Of a stretch of DNA of 33,781 nucleotides, positions 17,626 through 25,968 are shown one piece after another. The number at the start of each line of letters is the position of its first letter. Positions within the stretch are counted from its first letter, which is position 1. The notes beneath the pieces were generated by a model, which was given only the letters and a program-made list of their open reading frames with translations, did no database searches and had not been told where the DNA came from. This DNA is from a virus (Duplodnaviria > Heunggongvirae > Uroviricota > Caudoviricetes): the IMG/VR virus record IMGVR_UViG_640753025_000002; one strand, 5' to 3'. A program made the position numbers and the translations under genes.

Positions 17626-18050
17626 ACCGGTTGCTGCTGGTTGTGCTGGCGTTATTACTGGCGGCGCTGGGCTGGCAGACGTGGCGGCTGGCTGATGCCA
17701 GCCAGACCATCAGCACGCAGGCAGACGAGCTGCAGAGCAAAAGCCAGGCACTGGCAAAGAGCAACAGCCAGCTTATCAGCCTGTCCATTCTGACTGAAAC
17801 CAATAACCGGGAGCAGGCGCGGCTCTATGCCGAAGCAGAACAGACCAGCGCACAGCTGAGACAACGACAACGCCGGATCGAGGAACTGAAACGTGAGAAC
17901 GAGGATTTACGCCGCTGGGCTGATACTCCTTTGCCTGCTGACATTATCCGGCTGCGGGAACGTCCGGCACTCACCGGAGGTGCAGCTTACCGTCAGTGGT
18001 TGTCCGCGAGTGACGCCGTGTCGGCTGGAGCAGGCAGCACCGCGCACTAA
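17622..18050 (+). CDS. lysB: Inner-membrane spanin (Rz-like; P2 LysB family)
   Basis: N-terminal TM helix, then a coiled-coil periplasmic domain; 142 aa; contains the embedded o-spanin gene in another frame. Confidence 0.7.
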   Translation: MNRLLLVVLALLLAALGWQTWRLADASQTISTQADELQSKSQALAKSNSQLISLSILTETNNREQARLYAEAEQTSAQLRQRQRRIEELKRENEDLRRWADTPLPADIIRLRERPALTGGAAYRQWLSASDAVSAGAGSTAH

Positions 18051-18183
18051 CGGTGATCTGAATGCGTTGCTGGATGAAACGGAGGCCGCCTGGGCGGTCT
18101 GTGCAGACAAAGTGGACATGATTATTGCGTGTCAGGAGCGAAACAGTGAACAAACCACAGTCCCTGCGCCACGCCCTCAATAA
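17893..18183 (+). CDS. lysC: Outer-membrane lipoprotein spanin (Rz1-like; P2 LysC family), embedded in and extending beyond lysB
   Basis: GTG start; lipobox LTLSGC; Pro-rich; overlaps lysB in the +1 frame. Confidence 0.65.
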   Translation: MRTRIYAAGLILLCLLTLSGCGNVRHSPEVQLTVSGCPRVTPCRLEQAAPRTNGDLNALLDETEAAWAVCADKVDMIIACQERNSEQTTVPAPRPQ

Positions 18184-18577
18184 AGCAGTGCCTTATGTCC
18201 GCAATAACCCGGACAAACTGCATCTGTTTGTGGATAACGGTTCGCTGGTTGCCACGGGGGCCAGCTCCATGTCATGGGAGTACCATTATACCCTCAACGT
18301 GGTGATTGAGGATTTCAGCGGCGACCAGAATCTGCTGATGGCCCCGGTTTTGCTGTGGCTGCGTGATAACCAGCCCGATGCCATCAATAACCCGGCGTTA
18401 CGGGAAAAACTATTCACCTTTGAGGTGGATATTGTGCGCAACGATGTCTGTGATATCAGCCTTAACCTGCAACTGACGGAGCGTGTGCTGGTCAGTACTG
18501 ACGGCAGTGTGTCGAGTGTTGAAGCTGTAGCGGAACCCGATAAACCTGAAGAAATGTGGACGGTGAAACGTGGCTGA
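18125..18577 (+). CDS. R: Tail completion protein (P2 gpR family)
   Basis: Matches P2 R (LKPDSLRRAL, FVDNGS, YTLNV...DF.GD.DLL..PVLAWLR.NQPD). The track start is TTG at 18125; a GTG at 18146 with an AGGAGCG RBS is the more likely start. Confidence 0.8.
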   Translation: MRVRSETVNKPQSLRHALNKAVPYVRNNPDKLHLFVDNGSLVATGASSMSWEYHYTLNVVIEDFSGDQNLLMAPVLLWLRDNQPDAINNPALREKLFTFEVDIVRNDVCDISLNLQLTERVLVSTDGSVSSVEAVAEPDKPEEMWTVKRG

Positions 18578-19016
18578 ATTGCAGAAGGTGGACGACTGGC
18601 TGAGTGCCTTGCTGGCGAATCTGGAGCCAGCCGCAAGAAGCCGTATGATGCGCCAGCTGGCGCAGGAACTGCGCCGGACACAGCAGCAGAATATCAGGAT
18701 GCAGCGCAATCCAGATGGCAGCAGTTATGAACCGCGCAGGGTAACAGCACGCAGCAAGAAGGGGCGCATCAAACGTCAGATGTTTGCAAAGCTGCGCACC
18801 ACAAAATACCTGAAAACTGCCGCCAGCGCCGACTCTGCCAGCGTACAGTTTGAAGGCAAGGTGCAGCGTATTGCCCGTGTTCACCATTACGGCCTGCGTG
18901 ATCGCGTCAGTCGCAAAGGACCGGAGGTTCGTTACGCAGAGCGCCGCCTGCTGGGTGTAAATGATGATGTTGAGGCAATGACCCGCGACATGATTCTGCA
19001 ATGGCTGGCGGGGTGA
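18570..19016 (+). CDS. S: Tail completion protein (P2 gpS family)
   Basis: 148 aa (P2 S is about 150 aa), immediately after R; GTG start overlapping the R end. Confidence 0.8.
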   Translation: MAELQKVDDWLSALLANLEPAARSRMMRQLAQELRRTQQQNIRMQRNPDGSSYEPRRVTARSKKGRIKRQMFAKLRTTKYLKTAASADSASVQFEGKVQRIARVHHYGLRDRVSRKGPEVRYAERRLLGVNDDVEAMTRDMILQWLAG

Positions 19017-19020
19017 TCTT

Positions 19021-19038
19021 TGTATCAGCACTGATACA
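19021..19038. promoter_or_regulatory. Ogr-type late activator binding dyad (TGTATCAGCACTGATACA) for the V-W-J-I-H late operon
   Basis: Perfect 18-bp palindrome of the TGT-N12-ACA class, about 55 bp upstream of the V start region. Confidence 0.55.
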
Positions 19039-19084
19039 AGTTGCAGCACTGCCGCCTTTCTTCCCCTGATGGCAACCTTTCCCT

Positions 19085-19663
19085 ATGAACGCACAATTAA
19101 CCGAAATCATGCGCCTTATCACCAATCTGATCCGCACAGGTGTAGTCACCGAAGTGGACCGGGAAAACTGGCTTTGTCGGGTGAAAACGGGCGACCTTGA
19201 AACCAACTGGATTAACTGGCTGACGCTGCGCGCGGGTAATGCCTGCACATGGTGGAAACCATCGGAAGGTGAGCAGGTGGTGCTGCTGAGTCTGGGAGGC
19301 AATCTGGAAACCGCGTTTGCGCTGCCCGCCATCTATTCGAATCAGTTCGCGCCACCGTCGACGTCGGCGGACGCCTGCGTGACAGAACATCCTGACGGTG
19401 GCTGGTTTGAATACGAACCCGCCACCGGGCGCTGGTATGTCAGGGGCATCAAATCAATGGTCATTGAGGCCGCTGACAACATCACCATGAAAACCAATGA
19501 GTTTGTACTGGAGGCTGACCGCACGCGCATTAACAGCGAAGTGGTGATCAATGGTGGCGTTACCCAGGGCGGCGGTGCAATGAGTTCTAACGGAATTGTG
19601 GTTGATGCACATCAGCATACTGGCGTCCTGAAAGGCGGCGACACAACCGGAGGCCCGGTATGA
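19085..19663 (+). CDS. V: Baseplate spike/assembly protein (P2 gpV family)
   Basis: Position and size; first gene of the baseplate operon after an Ogr dyad. Confidence 0.8.
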   Translation: MNAQLTEIMRLITNLIRTGVVTEVDRENWLCRVKTGDLETNWINWLTLRAGNACTWWKPSEGEQVVLLSLGGNLETAFALPAIYSNQFAPPSTSADACVTEHPDGGWFEYEPATGRWYVRGIKSMVIEAADNITMKTNEFVLEADRTRINSEVVINGGVTQGGGAMSSNGIVVDAHQHTGVLKGGDTTGGPV

Positions 19664-20019
19664 CGCTTTATAGCGGGATGAACAATACCAGCGGCAAAGT
19701 CATTACTGATATTGACCATCTGCGCCAGTCGGTGCGGGACATTCTGCTGACGCCGCAGGGTAGCCGCATTGCCCGTCGGGAATATGGTTCCCTACTGTCG
19801 GCACTGATAGATCAGCCACAAAATCCGGCATTACGCCTGCAGGTCATGTCGGCAGTGTATGTGGCGCTGAGTCGCTGGGAGCCACGGCTGACGCTGGATT
19901 CCATCACCATCAACAGCAACTTTGACGGTTCTATGGTGGTGGAGCTGACCGGGCGGCGGAATAACGGTGTGCCTGTGTCCCTTTCCGTATCAACAGGAGC
20001 AGAGAATGGCAGTGATTGA
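19660..20019 (+). CDS. W: Baseplate wedge protein (P2 gpW family)
   Basis: 119 aa (P2 W is about 115 aa); start overlaps the V stop. Confidence 0.8.
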   Translation: MTLYSGMNNTSGKVITDIDHLRQSVRDILLTPQGSRIARREYGSLLSALIDQPQNPALRLQVMSAVYVALSRWEPRLTLDSITINSNFDGSMVVELTGRRNNGVPVSLSVSTGAENGSD

Positions 20020-20914
20020 CCTTTCGCAGTTGCCTGCACCGCAGATTGTGGATGTGCCGGACTTTGAGACGCTGCTTGCCGAACGCAAGGCAGAATTTGT
20101 GGCGCTTCATCCGAAAGATGAGCAGGAAGCCATGATCCGCACGCTGGAACTGGAATCTGAACCCGTCACTAAATTGTTGCAGGAGAACGCTTACCGTGAG
20201 TTGCTTCTGCGCCAGCGCATTAACGAAGCCGCGCAGGCGGTGATGGTGGCTTACGCGATGGGCGGCGATCTTGACCAGCTCGCTGCCAACTACAACGTGA
20301 CACGCCTGACGGTGACGCCTGCTGATAATGATGCTGTGCCGCCCGTTGCAGCTGTGATGGAAAGCGATGAAGCGTTACGCCTGCGTGTGCCTGCAGCCTT
20401 TGAAGGGCTTTCTGTTGCGGGGCCAACTGCAGCTTATGAATTTCATGCCCGAAGCGCCGACGGTCGGGTGGCGGATGCCAGTGCAACCAGCCCGGCACCT
20501 GCAGAGGTGGTGCTGACTGTCCTTAGCCGCGAAGGCGATGGAACTGCAGAAAAAGACCTGCTGGACGTGGTGGAAAAAGCTCTGAACAGTGAGAACGTCC
20601 GCCCGGTGGCTGACCGTCTGACGGTTCGCAGCGCAGAAATCATCCCGTATCGCGTGGAAGCCACCATTTTTCTCTATCCGGGACCGGAAGCAGAGCCGGT
20701 AATGGCAGCGGCAAAAGCCAGCCTGCAGAAGTACATCGCCAGTCAGACGCGTCTTGGTCGGGATATTCGCCGTAGCGCCATCTTTGCCGCCCTGCATGTT
20801 GAGGGTGTGCAGCGTGTGGAGCTGGCTTCTCCTCTGGCGGATGTGGTCCTGAACAAAACACAGGCGGCATCATGTACGCAGTGGAGCGTAACCAACGGAG
20901 GAACGGATGAATAG
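20006..20914 (+). CDS. J: Baseplate assembly protein (P2 gpJ family)
   Basis: 302 aa from the ATG at 20006 (the same length as P2 J); collinear match (IDLSQLPAP, LESEP..KLL.ENAYREL, AFEGLSVAG, HARSADGRVAD, LGRDIR.SAI.AALHVEGVQRVELA.PLAD). Confidence 0.85.
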   Translation: MAVIDLSQLPAPQIVDVPDFETLLAERKAEFVALHPKDEQEAMIRTLELESEPVTKLLQENAYRELLLRQRINEAAQAVMVAYAMGGDLDQLAANYNVTRLTVTPADNDAVPPVAAVMESDEALRLRVPAAFEGLSVAGPTAAYEFHARSADGRVADASATSPAPAEVVLTVLSREGDGTAEKDLLDVVEKALNSENVRPVADRLTVRSAEIIPYRVEATIFLYPGPEAEPVMAAAKASLQKYIASQTRLGRDIRRSAIFAALHVEGVQRVELASPLADVVLNKTQAASCTQWSVTNGGTDE

Positions 20915-21512
20915 TCTGCTGCCACCGGGTTCAACACCACTGGAGCGCCGACTGGCGCAAACCTGCAGCGGGATTTCTGATCTGCAGGTGCCGCTTCGTG
21001 ACTTGTGGAATCCGGCAACCTGTCCGGTCAGCTTCCTGCCTTATCTCGCCTGGGCGTTCTCTGTGGATCGCTGGGACGAGGGCTGGACAGAAAGCGTCAA
21101 ACGCCAGGTAGTGAAGGATGCTTTTTATATTCATCAGCATAAAGGAACCACCAGTGCCGTGCGGCGGGTGGTGGAGCCGTTCGGCTTTCTGATCCGCATT
21201 ATTGAGTGGTGGCAGACCGGAGAGGCACCGGGCACGTTTCGCCTGGATATCGGCGTGCAGGACCAGGGCATCACTGAAGATACCTATCTGGAACTTGAGA
21301 GGCTGATAAGCGATGCCAAACCATGTAGCCGTCACATGATCGGCATGTCCATCAATCTGCAGACCAGCGGCCCGTATTGGTTGGGGGCAGCCAGTTATCT
21401 TGGTGAAGAAATCACGATCTTTCCGTATATCAACGAAACAATTATTTCCGGCGGCACCGCGCATGAAGGCGGGGCGGTCCATGTTATTGACACAATGAGA
21501 GTGAATCCATGA
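20907..21512 (+). CDS. I: Baseplate/tail fiber attachment protein (P2 gpI family)
   Basis: Matches P2 I (LLP.GS.PLE, LWNP.TCP...LP.LAWAFSVDRWDE, HKGT..A.RRVVEP.G, PGTFRLDIGV). Confidence 0.8.
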   Translation: MNSLLPPGSTPLERRLAQTCSGISDLQVPLRDLWNPATCPVSFLPYLAWAFSVDRWDEGWTESVKRQVVKDAFYIHQHKGTTSAVRRVVEPFGFLIRIIEWWQTGEAPGTFRLDIGVQDQGITEDTYLELERLISDAKPCSRHMIGMSINLQTSGPYWLGAASYLGEEITIFPYINETIISGGTAHEGGAVHVIDTMRVNP

Positions 21513-23260
21513 GCACAAAATTTTATACCCTGCTGACGGATATTGGCGCGGCGAAACTTGCCAGCGCCGCCGCGCTCGGTGTGCCGTTAAAAATTACCCA
21601 TATGGCGGTCGGCGATGGCGGCGGAACATTACCAACGCCGGACGCAAAGCAGACAGCACTGGTAAATGAGAAACGCCGGGCTGCGCTGAATATGCTCTAT
21701 ATCGACCCGCAGAACAGCAGCCAGATTATTGCTGAACAGGTGATCCCTGAAAACGAGGGCGGTTGGTGGATACGTGAAGTGGGCCTGTTTGATGAGTCCG
21801 GGGCATTGATTGCCGTGGGCAACTGCCCGGAAAGCTATAAGCCGCAACTGGCTGAAGGCAGCGGGCGTACCCAGACCGTGCGCATGGTGCTGATTACCAG
21901 CAGTACGGACAATATCACCCTGAAAATCGACCCTGCTGTAGTGCTGGCAACCCGCAAGTATGTGGATGACAAAATATCAGAGCACGAACAGTCACGACGT
22001 CACCCGGACGCCTCGCTGACCGCAAAGGGTTTTACTCAGTTAAGCAGTGCGACCAACAGTGAATCCGAAATACTGGCCGCAACACCGAAGGCTGTGAAGG
22101 CGGCATATGATCTTGCAGCAGGTAAAGCATCCGCCAGTCACACACACCCGTGGAATCAGATAACGGATGTGCCTGCAGCTTCACTGACGGTAAAAGGCAC
22201 CGTGCAACTCAGCAGCGCCACTAACAGCACGTCAGAAACGCAGGCTGCCACACCAAAGGCAGTGAAGGCGGCATATGACCTTGCAGCAGGTAAGGCACCT
22301 GTCAGTCACACGCACCCGTGGAGCCAGATAACAGATGTGCCTGCAGCTTCACTGACGGTAAAAGGCACCGTGCAACTCAGCAGCGCTACTAACAGCACGT
22401 CAGAAACGCAGGCTGCCACACCAAAAGCCGTGAAGGCTGTATATGACCTTGCCAATGGAAAACAACCTGCCGACGCCACACTGACCGCACTGGCAGGCCT
22501 TGCCACTGCGGCAGACAAACTTCCGTATTTTACGGGGAATGATACAGCCAGCCTGACAACCCTGACTAACGTTGGACGGAATATTCTGGATAAAGCAAGC
22601 ACACAGGCGGTTATTCAATATCTTGGTCTGAGCGATGCAAGTGGATACGTTGGACGCTGGCTGAATACCCAGGTTTTCACCTCATCAGGTACGTACACCC
22701 CGACGCCAGGAACAAAACGGATTAGGGTCACAATAACGGGCGGCGGTGGCGGAGGGGGCGGCTGCAAGGCTATATCCAATAATGAAACGTTTTTCGGTGC
22801 TGGCGGCGGGGCAGGTGGGACAGTAATCACCACGCTGATCCTGACGAAGGATAGTTATCCTGTCACTATCGGCGCAGGTGGGGCCGGCGGCGTTAGTGCG
22901 ACGAACGGCCTCAAGGGCGGTGATAGCTCGTTCGGATCGGTAATAGCCCCTGGTGGTGAAGGTGGTGGAAAATCAGGAGTCACAAACACGAACGGTGGTA
23001 ACGGCGGTGTGCCAAGTACTGGCGGTATCAACATCATTGGTGGAAATGGAGGCGACGGTCAGTCCGGAAATATCGGCGTCAGCGGTGAAGGCGGAACATC
23101 GCACTGGGGTGGCGGTGGACGCGCAGGCGCTGGCGGTGGTGTTAGTGGTAAGGCATATGGTTCAGGTGGCGGTGGCGCATACGATGCCGGTTATAGCGGA
23201 ACCAGTATGACAGGCGGGAAAGGTGCCGCTGGGATTTGTATTATCGAGGAGTTTGCATAA
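21509..23260 (+). CDS. H: Tail fiber protein (P2 gpH-like N-terminus, tandem fibre repeats, Gly-rich C-terminal domain)
   Basis: 583 aa; N-terminus MSTKFYT.LT..G..K...A; three tandem 56-aa repeats; C-terminal third dominated by GGxGG motifs. Confidence 0.85.
   Translation: MSTKFYTLLTDIGAAKLASAAALGVPLKITHMAVGDGGGTLPTPDAKQTALVNEKRRAALNMLYIDPQNSSQIIAEQVIPENEGGWWIREVGLFDESGALIAVGNCPESYKPQLAEGSGRTQTVRMVLITSSTDNITLKIDPAVVLATRKYVDDKISEHEQSRRHPDASLTAKGFTQLSSATNSESEILAATPKAVKAAYDLAAGKASASHTHPWNQITDVPAASLTVKGTVQLSSATNSTSETQAATPKAVKAAYDLAAGKAPVSHTHPWSQITDVPAASLTVKGTVQLSSATNSTSETQAATPKAVKAVYDLANGKQPADATLTALAGLATAADKLPYFTGNDTASLTTLTNVGRNILDKASTQAVIQYLGLSDASGYVGRWLNTQVFTSSGTYTPTPGTKRIRVTITGGGGGGGGCKAISNNETFFGAGGGAGGTVITTLILTKDSYPVTIGAGGAGGVSATNGLKGGDSSFGSVIAPGGEGGGKSGVTNTNGGNGGVPSTGGINIIGGNGGDGQSGNIGVSGEGGTSHWGGGGRAGAGGGVSGKAYGSGGGGAYDAGYSGTSMTGGKGAAGICIIEEFA
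22004..22460 (+). repeat. Tandem direct repeat (about 168-bp unit, about 2.7 copies) inside the tail fiber gene, encoding a phage tail fibre repeat motif
   Basis: Near-identical DNA copies starting near 22166 and 22334, plus a diverged first copy; protein repeat HTHPW(N/S)QITDVPAASLTVKGTVQLSSATNSTSETQAATPKAVKA(A/V)YDLA. Confidence 0.7.
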
Positions 23261-23673
23261 TGAATGCGTCATATGCAGTTATTGAAAATGGGATGGTTGT
23301 GAATGTCATTGTCTGGGATGGCGAGGCTGAATTCACAGTGCCGGATAATCAGCAGCTCATTAATATTTCTGATATCAGTGAGCAGCCCGGAATCGGCTGG
23401 GTTTATTCAGACGGGGGATTTACTGCACCACCCACCCAGGAACGTTCTCATGATGAACTGGTAGCTGACGCTGAACAGAAAAAACAGTCGCTGTTAGACG
23501 CAGCAATGGCCAATATCAGCGTGATTCAGTTAAAGCTGCAGGCCGGGCGCAAACTGACGCAAGAGGAAACTACCCGACTTAACGTTGTGCTGGATTATAT
23601 CGAGGCTGTGACGGCAATAGATACCAGCACCGCACCTGATATCATTTGGCCTGTTTTCCCTGCAAGCAGATAA
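23260..23673 (+). CDS. Putative tail fiber assembly/chaperone protein
   Basis: 137-aa ORF immediately after the tail fiber gene; its start overlaps the H stop (TAATGA) with a GAGGAG RBS; position of P2 gpG but sequence diverged. Confidence 0.55.
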   Translation: MNASYAVIENGMVVNVIVWDGEAEFTVPDNQQLINISDISEQPGIGWVYSDGGFTAPPTQERSHDELVADAEQKKQSLLDAAMANISVIQLKLQAGRKLTQEETTRLNVVLDYIEAVTAIDTSTAPDIIWPVFPASR

Positions 23674-23685
23674 ATACCGTCATTT

Positions 23686-23703
23686 TGTGTGAATAACGGT
23701 ACA
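23686..23703. promoter_or_regulatory. Ogr-type late activator binding dyad (TGT-N12-ACA) for the FI-FII-E-T-U-D late operon
   Basis: TGTgtgaataacggtACA in the 106-bp intergenic region upstream of FI. Confidence 0.55.
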
Positions 23704-23779
23704 ACTGCGCTTAGCTGCTTGTCAGACACAATCACTTCAACATAGGGCGAAGCCTAATCCAATCAGGAGGTTCGCCACT

Positions 23780-24952
23780 ATGGCTCAGGATTACCACCAC
23801 GGAGTGCGCGTTGTTGAAGTCAACGAAGGCACTCGATCCATTACTACGGTGAGCACCGCCATCGTGGGCATGGTCTGCACGGGCGATGATGCCGATGCAA
23901 AAATGTTCCCTCTTAATAAACCCGTGCTGATCACTGATGTGCTTACTGCCAGCGGTAAAGCGGGTGAGTCAGGTACGCTGGCCCGTTCGCTGGATGCCAT
24001 CGCTGACCAGGCAAAACCCGTGACCGTTGTTGTGCGTGTGCCGCAGGGTGAAACGGAAGAAGAAACCACGACCAATATCATCGGAGCAGTGACCGCTGAA
24101 GGTAAAAAAACAGGCATGAAAGCCCTGTTATCTGCCCAGTCACAGCTCGGCGTTAAACCGCGCATTCTCGGCGTGCCAGGCCACGACACCAAGGCGGTAG
24201 CTACTGAGTTGCTGAGCGTGGCGCAAAGCCTGCGTGGATTTGCTTACCTGTCAGCGTATGGCTGCAAGACGGTACAGGAGGCGATCACTTACCGTGAAAA
24301 CTTCAGCCAGCGCGAAGGGATGCTGATCTGGCCTGACTTTACTGGCTGGGACACGGTGCTGAATGCCGAAGCAACGGCATATGCCACCGCCCGTGCGCTT
24401 GGTCTGCGCGCCAAAATTGACGAGCAGACCGGATGGCACAAAAGCCTGTCCAACGTGGGCGTGAACGGTGTCACCGGAATTTCTGCTGATGTGTTCTGGG
24501 ATCTGCAGGACCCGGCAACCGATGCAGGTCTGCTGAACCAGAACGACGTCACCACGCTTGTGCGTAAAGACGGTTTCCGCTTCTGGGGTTCCCGCTGCCT
24601 GAGTGATGACCCGCTCTTTGCCTTCGAAAACTACACCCGCACGGCGCAGGTGCTGATGGACACGATGGCAGAAGCACACATGTGGGCGGTGGATAAACCG
24701 CTTAACCCGTCGCTGGCCCGCGACATTATCGAGGGGATCCGCGCCAAAATGCGCAGCCTGGTCAGTCAGGGCTATCTCATTGGTGGTGATTGCTGGCTGG
24801 ATGAGTCGGTGAACGACAAAGACACGCTGAAAGCCGGAAAACTCACCATCGACTACGACTACACGCCAGTGCCGCCACTTGAAAACCTGATGCTGCGTCA
24901 GCGCATCACCGATCAGTACCTGGTGAATTTCTCTAGCCAGGTCAGCGCGTAA
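23780..24952 (+). CDS. FI: Tail sheath protein (P2 gpFI family)
   Basis: 390 aa (P2 FI is about 396 aa); AGGAGG RBS; position. Confidence 0.9.
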   Translation: MAQDYHHGVRVVEVNEGTRSITTVSTAIVGMVCTGDDADAKMFPLNKPVLITDVLTASGKAGESGTLARSLDAIADQAKPVTVVVRVPQGETEEETTTNIIGAVTAEGKKTGMKALLSAQSQLGVKPRILGVPGHDTKAVATELLSVAQSLRGFAYLSAYGCKTVQEAITYRENFSQREGMLIWPDFTGWDTVLNAEATAYATARALGLRAKIDEQTGWHKSLSNVGVNGVTGISADVFWDLQDPATDAGLLNQNDVTTLVRKDGFRFWGSRCLSDDPLFAFENYTRTAQVLMDTMAEAHMWAVDKPLNPSLARDIIEGIRAKMRSLVSQGYLIGGDCWLDESVNDKDTLKAGKLTIDYDYTPVPPLENLMLRQRITDQYLVNFSSQVSA

Positions 24953-24961
24953 GGGGACAAC

Positions 24962-25477
24962 ATGGCTTTACCACGCAAATTAAAACACCTGAACCTGTTT
25001 AATGACGGGAACAACTGGCAGGGGATCGTTGAGTCGCTGACGCTGCCGAAATTCACCCGCAAATATGAGAAGTATCGCGGCGGTGGAATGCCGGGTGCAG
25101 TGGATGTGGATCTGGGGCTTGATGACAGTGCGCTGGACACAGAATTTTCCATTGGTGGTACTGAACTGCTGCTGTTTAAACAGATGGGCAAAGCCACGGT
25201 GGATGGCATCCAGTTGCGCTTCACCGGCTCTATCCAGCGTGACGATACCGGAGAAGTGCAGGCCGTGGAGCTTGTGGTGCGTGGACGTCACAAAGAAGTG
25301 GATTCCGGCGAGTGGAAGACGGGCGAAAGCAACACCACCAAAGTGACCAGTACCAACAGCTACGCGAAGCTGACTATCAATGGTGAGGTGCTCTATGAAG
25401 TGGACCTTATCAACATGGTGGAAATTGTGGACGGTGTGGACCTGATGGAAGCGCACCGCAACGCCCTCGGCCTCTGA
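24962..25477 (+). CDS. FII: Tail tube protein (P2 gpFII family)
   Basis: 171 aa (P2 FII is about 172 aa), immediately after the sheath gene. Confidence 0.9.
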   Translation: MALPRKLKHLNLFNDGNNWQGIVESLTLPKFTRKYEKYRGGGMPGAVDVDLGLDDSALDTEFSIGGTELLLFKQMGKATVDGIQLRFTGSIQRDDTGEVQAVELVVRGRHKEVDSGEWKTGESNTTKVTSTNSYAKLTINGEVLYEVDLINMVEIVDGVDLMEAHRNALGL

Positions 25478-25531
25478 TGTATCTGAACGGCGCGGAATGC
25501 CGCGCCAGAACCCAATTTACAGGACAGCAAA

Positions 25532-25834
25532 ATGAGCGATAAGCAGACTGAAAAGACTATTAAACTGGATACTCCCATCATGCGCGGTAAAACAGAAATT
25601 ACCGAAATTGTGCTGCGTAAACCGCAGTCCGGTGCGCTGCGCGGCACACGCCTGCAGGCCATTATGGATATGGATGTGAACGCGATGATGACCGTGATCC
25701 CCCGCATCTCCAGTCCGGCACTGACTGCACAGGAAATCGCAGAGATGGACCCGGCAGATCTCACTGCCATGTCGGTTGAGGTTGTCACTTTTTTGTTGAA
25801 GAAGTCGGTGCTTGCCGGTTTACCGACAGCCTGA
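25532..25834 (+). CDS. E: Tail assembly chaperone (P2 gpE family)
   Basis: 100-aa ORF upstream of the tape measure gene; contains the slippery heptamer TTTTTTG at 25789-25795. Confidence 0.8.
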   Translation: MSDKQTEKTIKLDTPIMRGKTEITEIVLRKPQSGALRGTRLQAIMDMDVNAMMTVIPRISSPALTAQEIAEMDPADLTAMSVEVVTFLLKKSVLAGLPTA

Positions 25835-25968
25835 CGGTTGACGATCTGGTGGCAGATATCGCCACCATCTTTCACTGGCCGCCATCCGTTACTGACGTTA
25901 TGCCGCTGACCGAAGTGCTGGAATGGCGGTATAAAGCGATTCAGAGAAGCGGGGCCAACGATGAGTGA
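25532..25968 (+). CDS. E': Tail assembly chaperone frameshift product (gpE+E'), made by a programmed -1 ribosomal frameshift at 25789-25795
   Basis: After a -1 slip on T TTT TTG the reading frame stays open for about 57 more codons (VEEVGACRFTDSLTVDDLVADIATIFHWPPSVTDVMPLTEVLEWRYKAIQRSGANDE) and stops at 25966-25968, overlapping the T start exactly as in P2. Confidence 0.65.

Noticed and set aside
22735-23230. Low-complexity GGC/GGT-rich DNA that looks repeat-like at first glance
   Set aside because: Not a CRISPR array or a regular DNA tandem repeat; it encodes the glycine-rich C-terminal region of the tail fiber, and the periodicity is imperfect at the nucleotide level.
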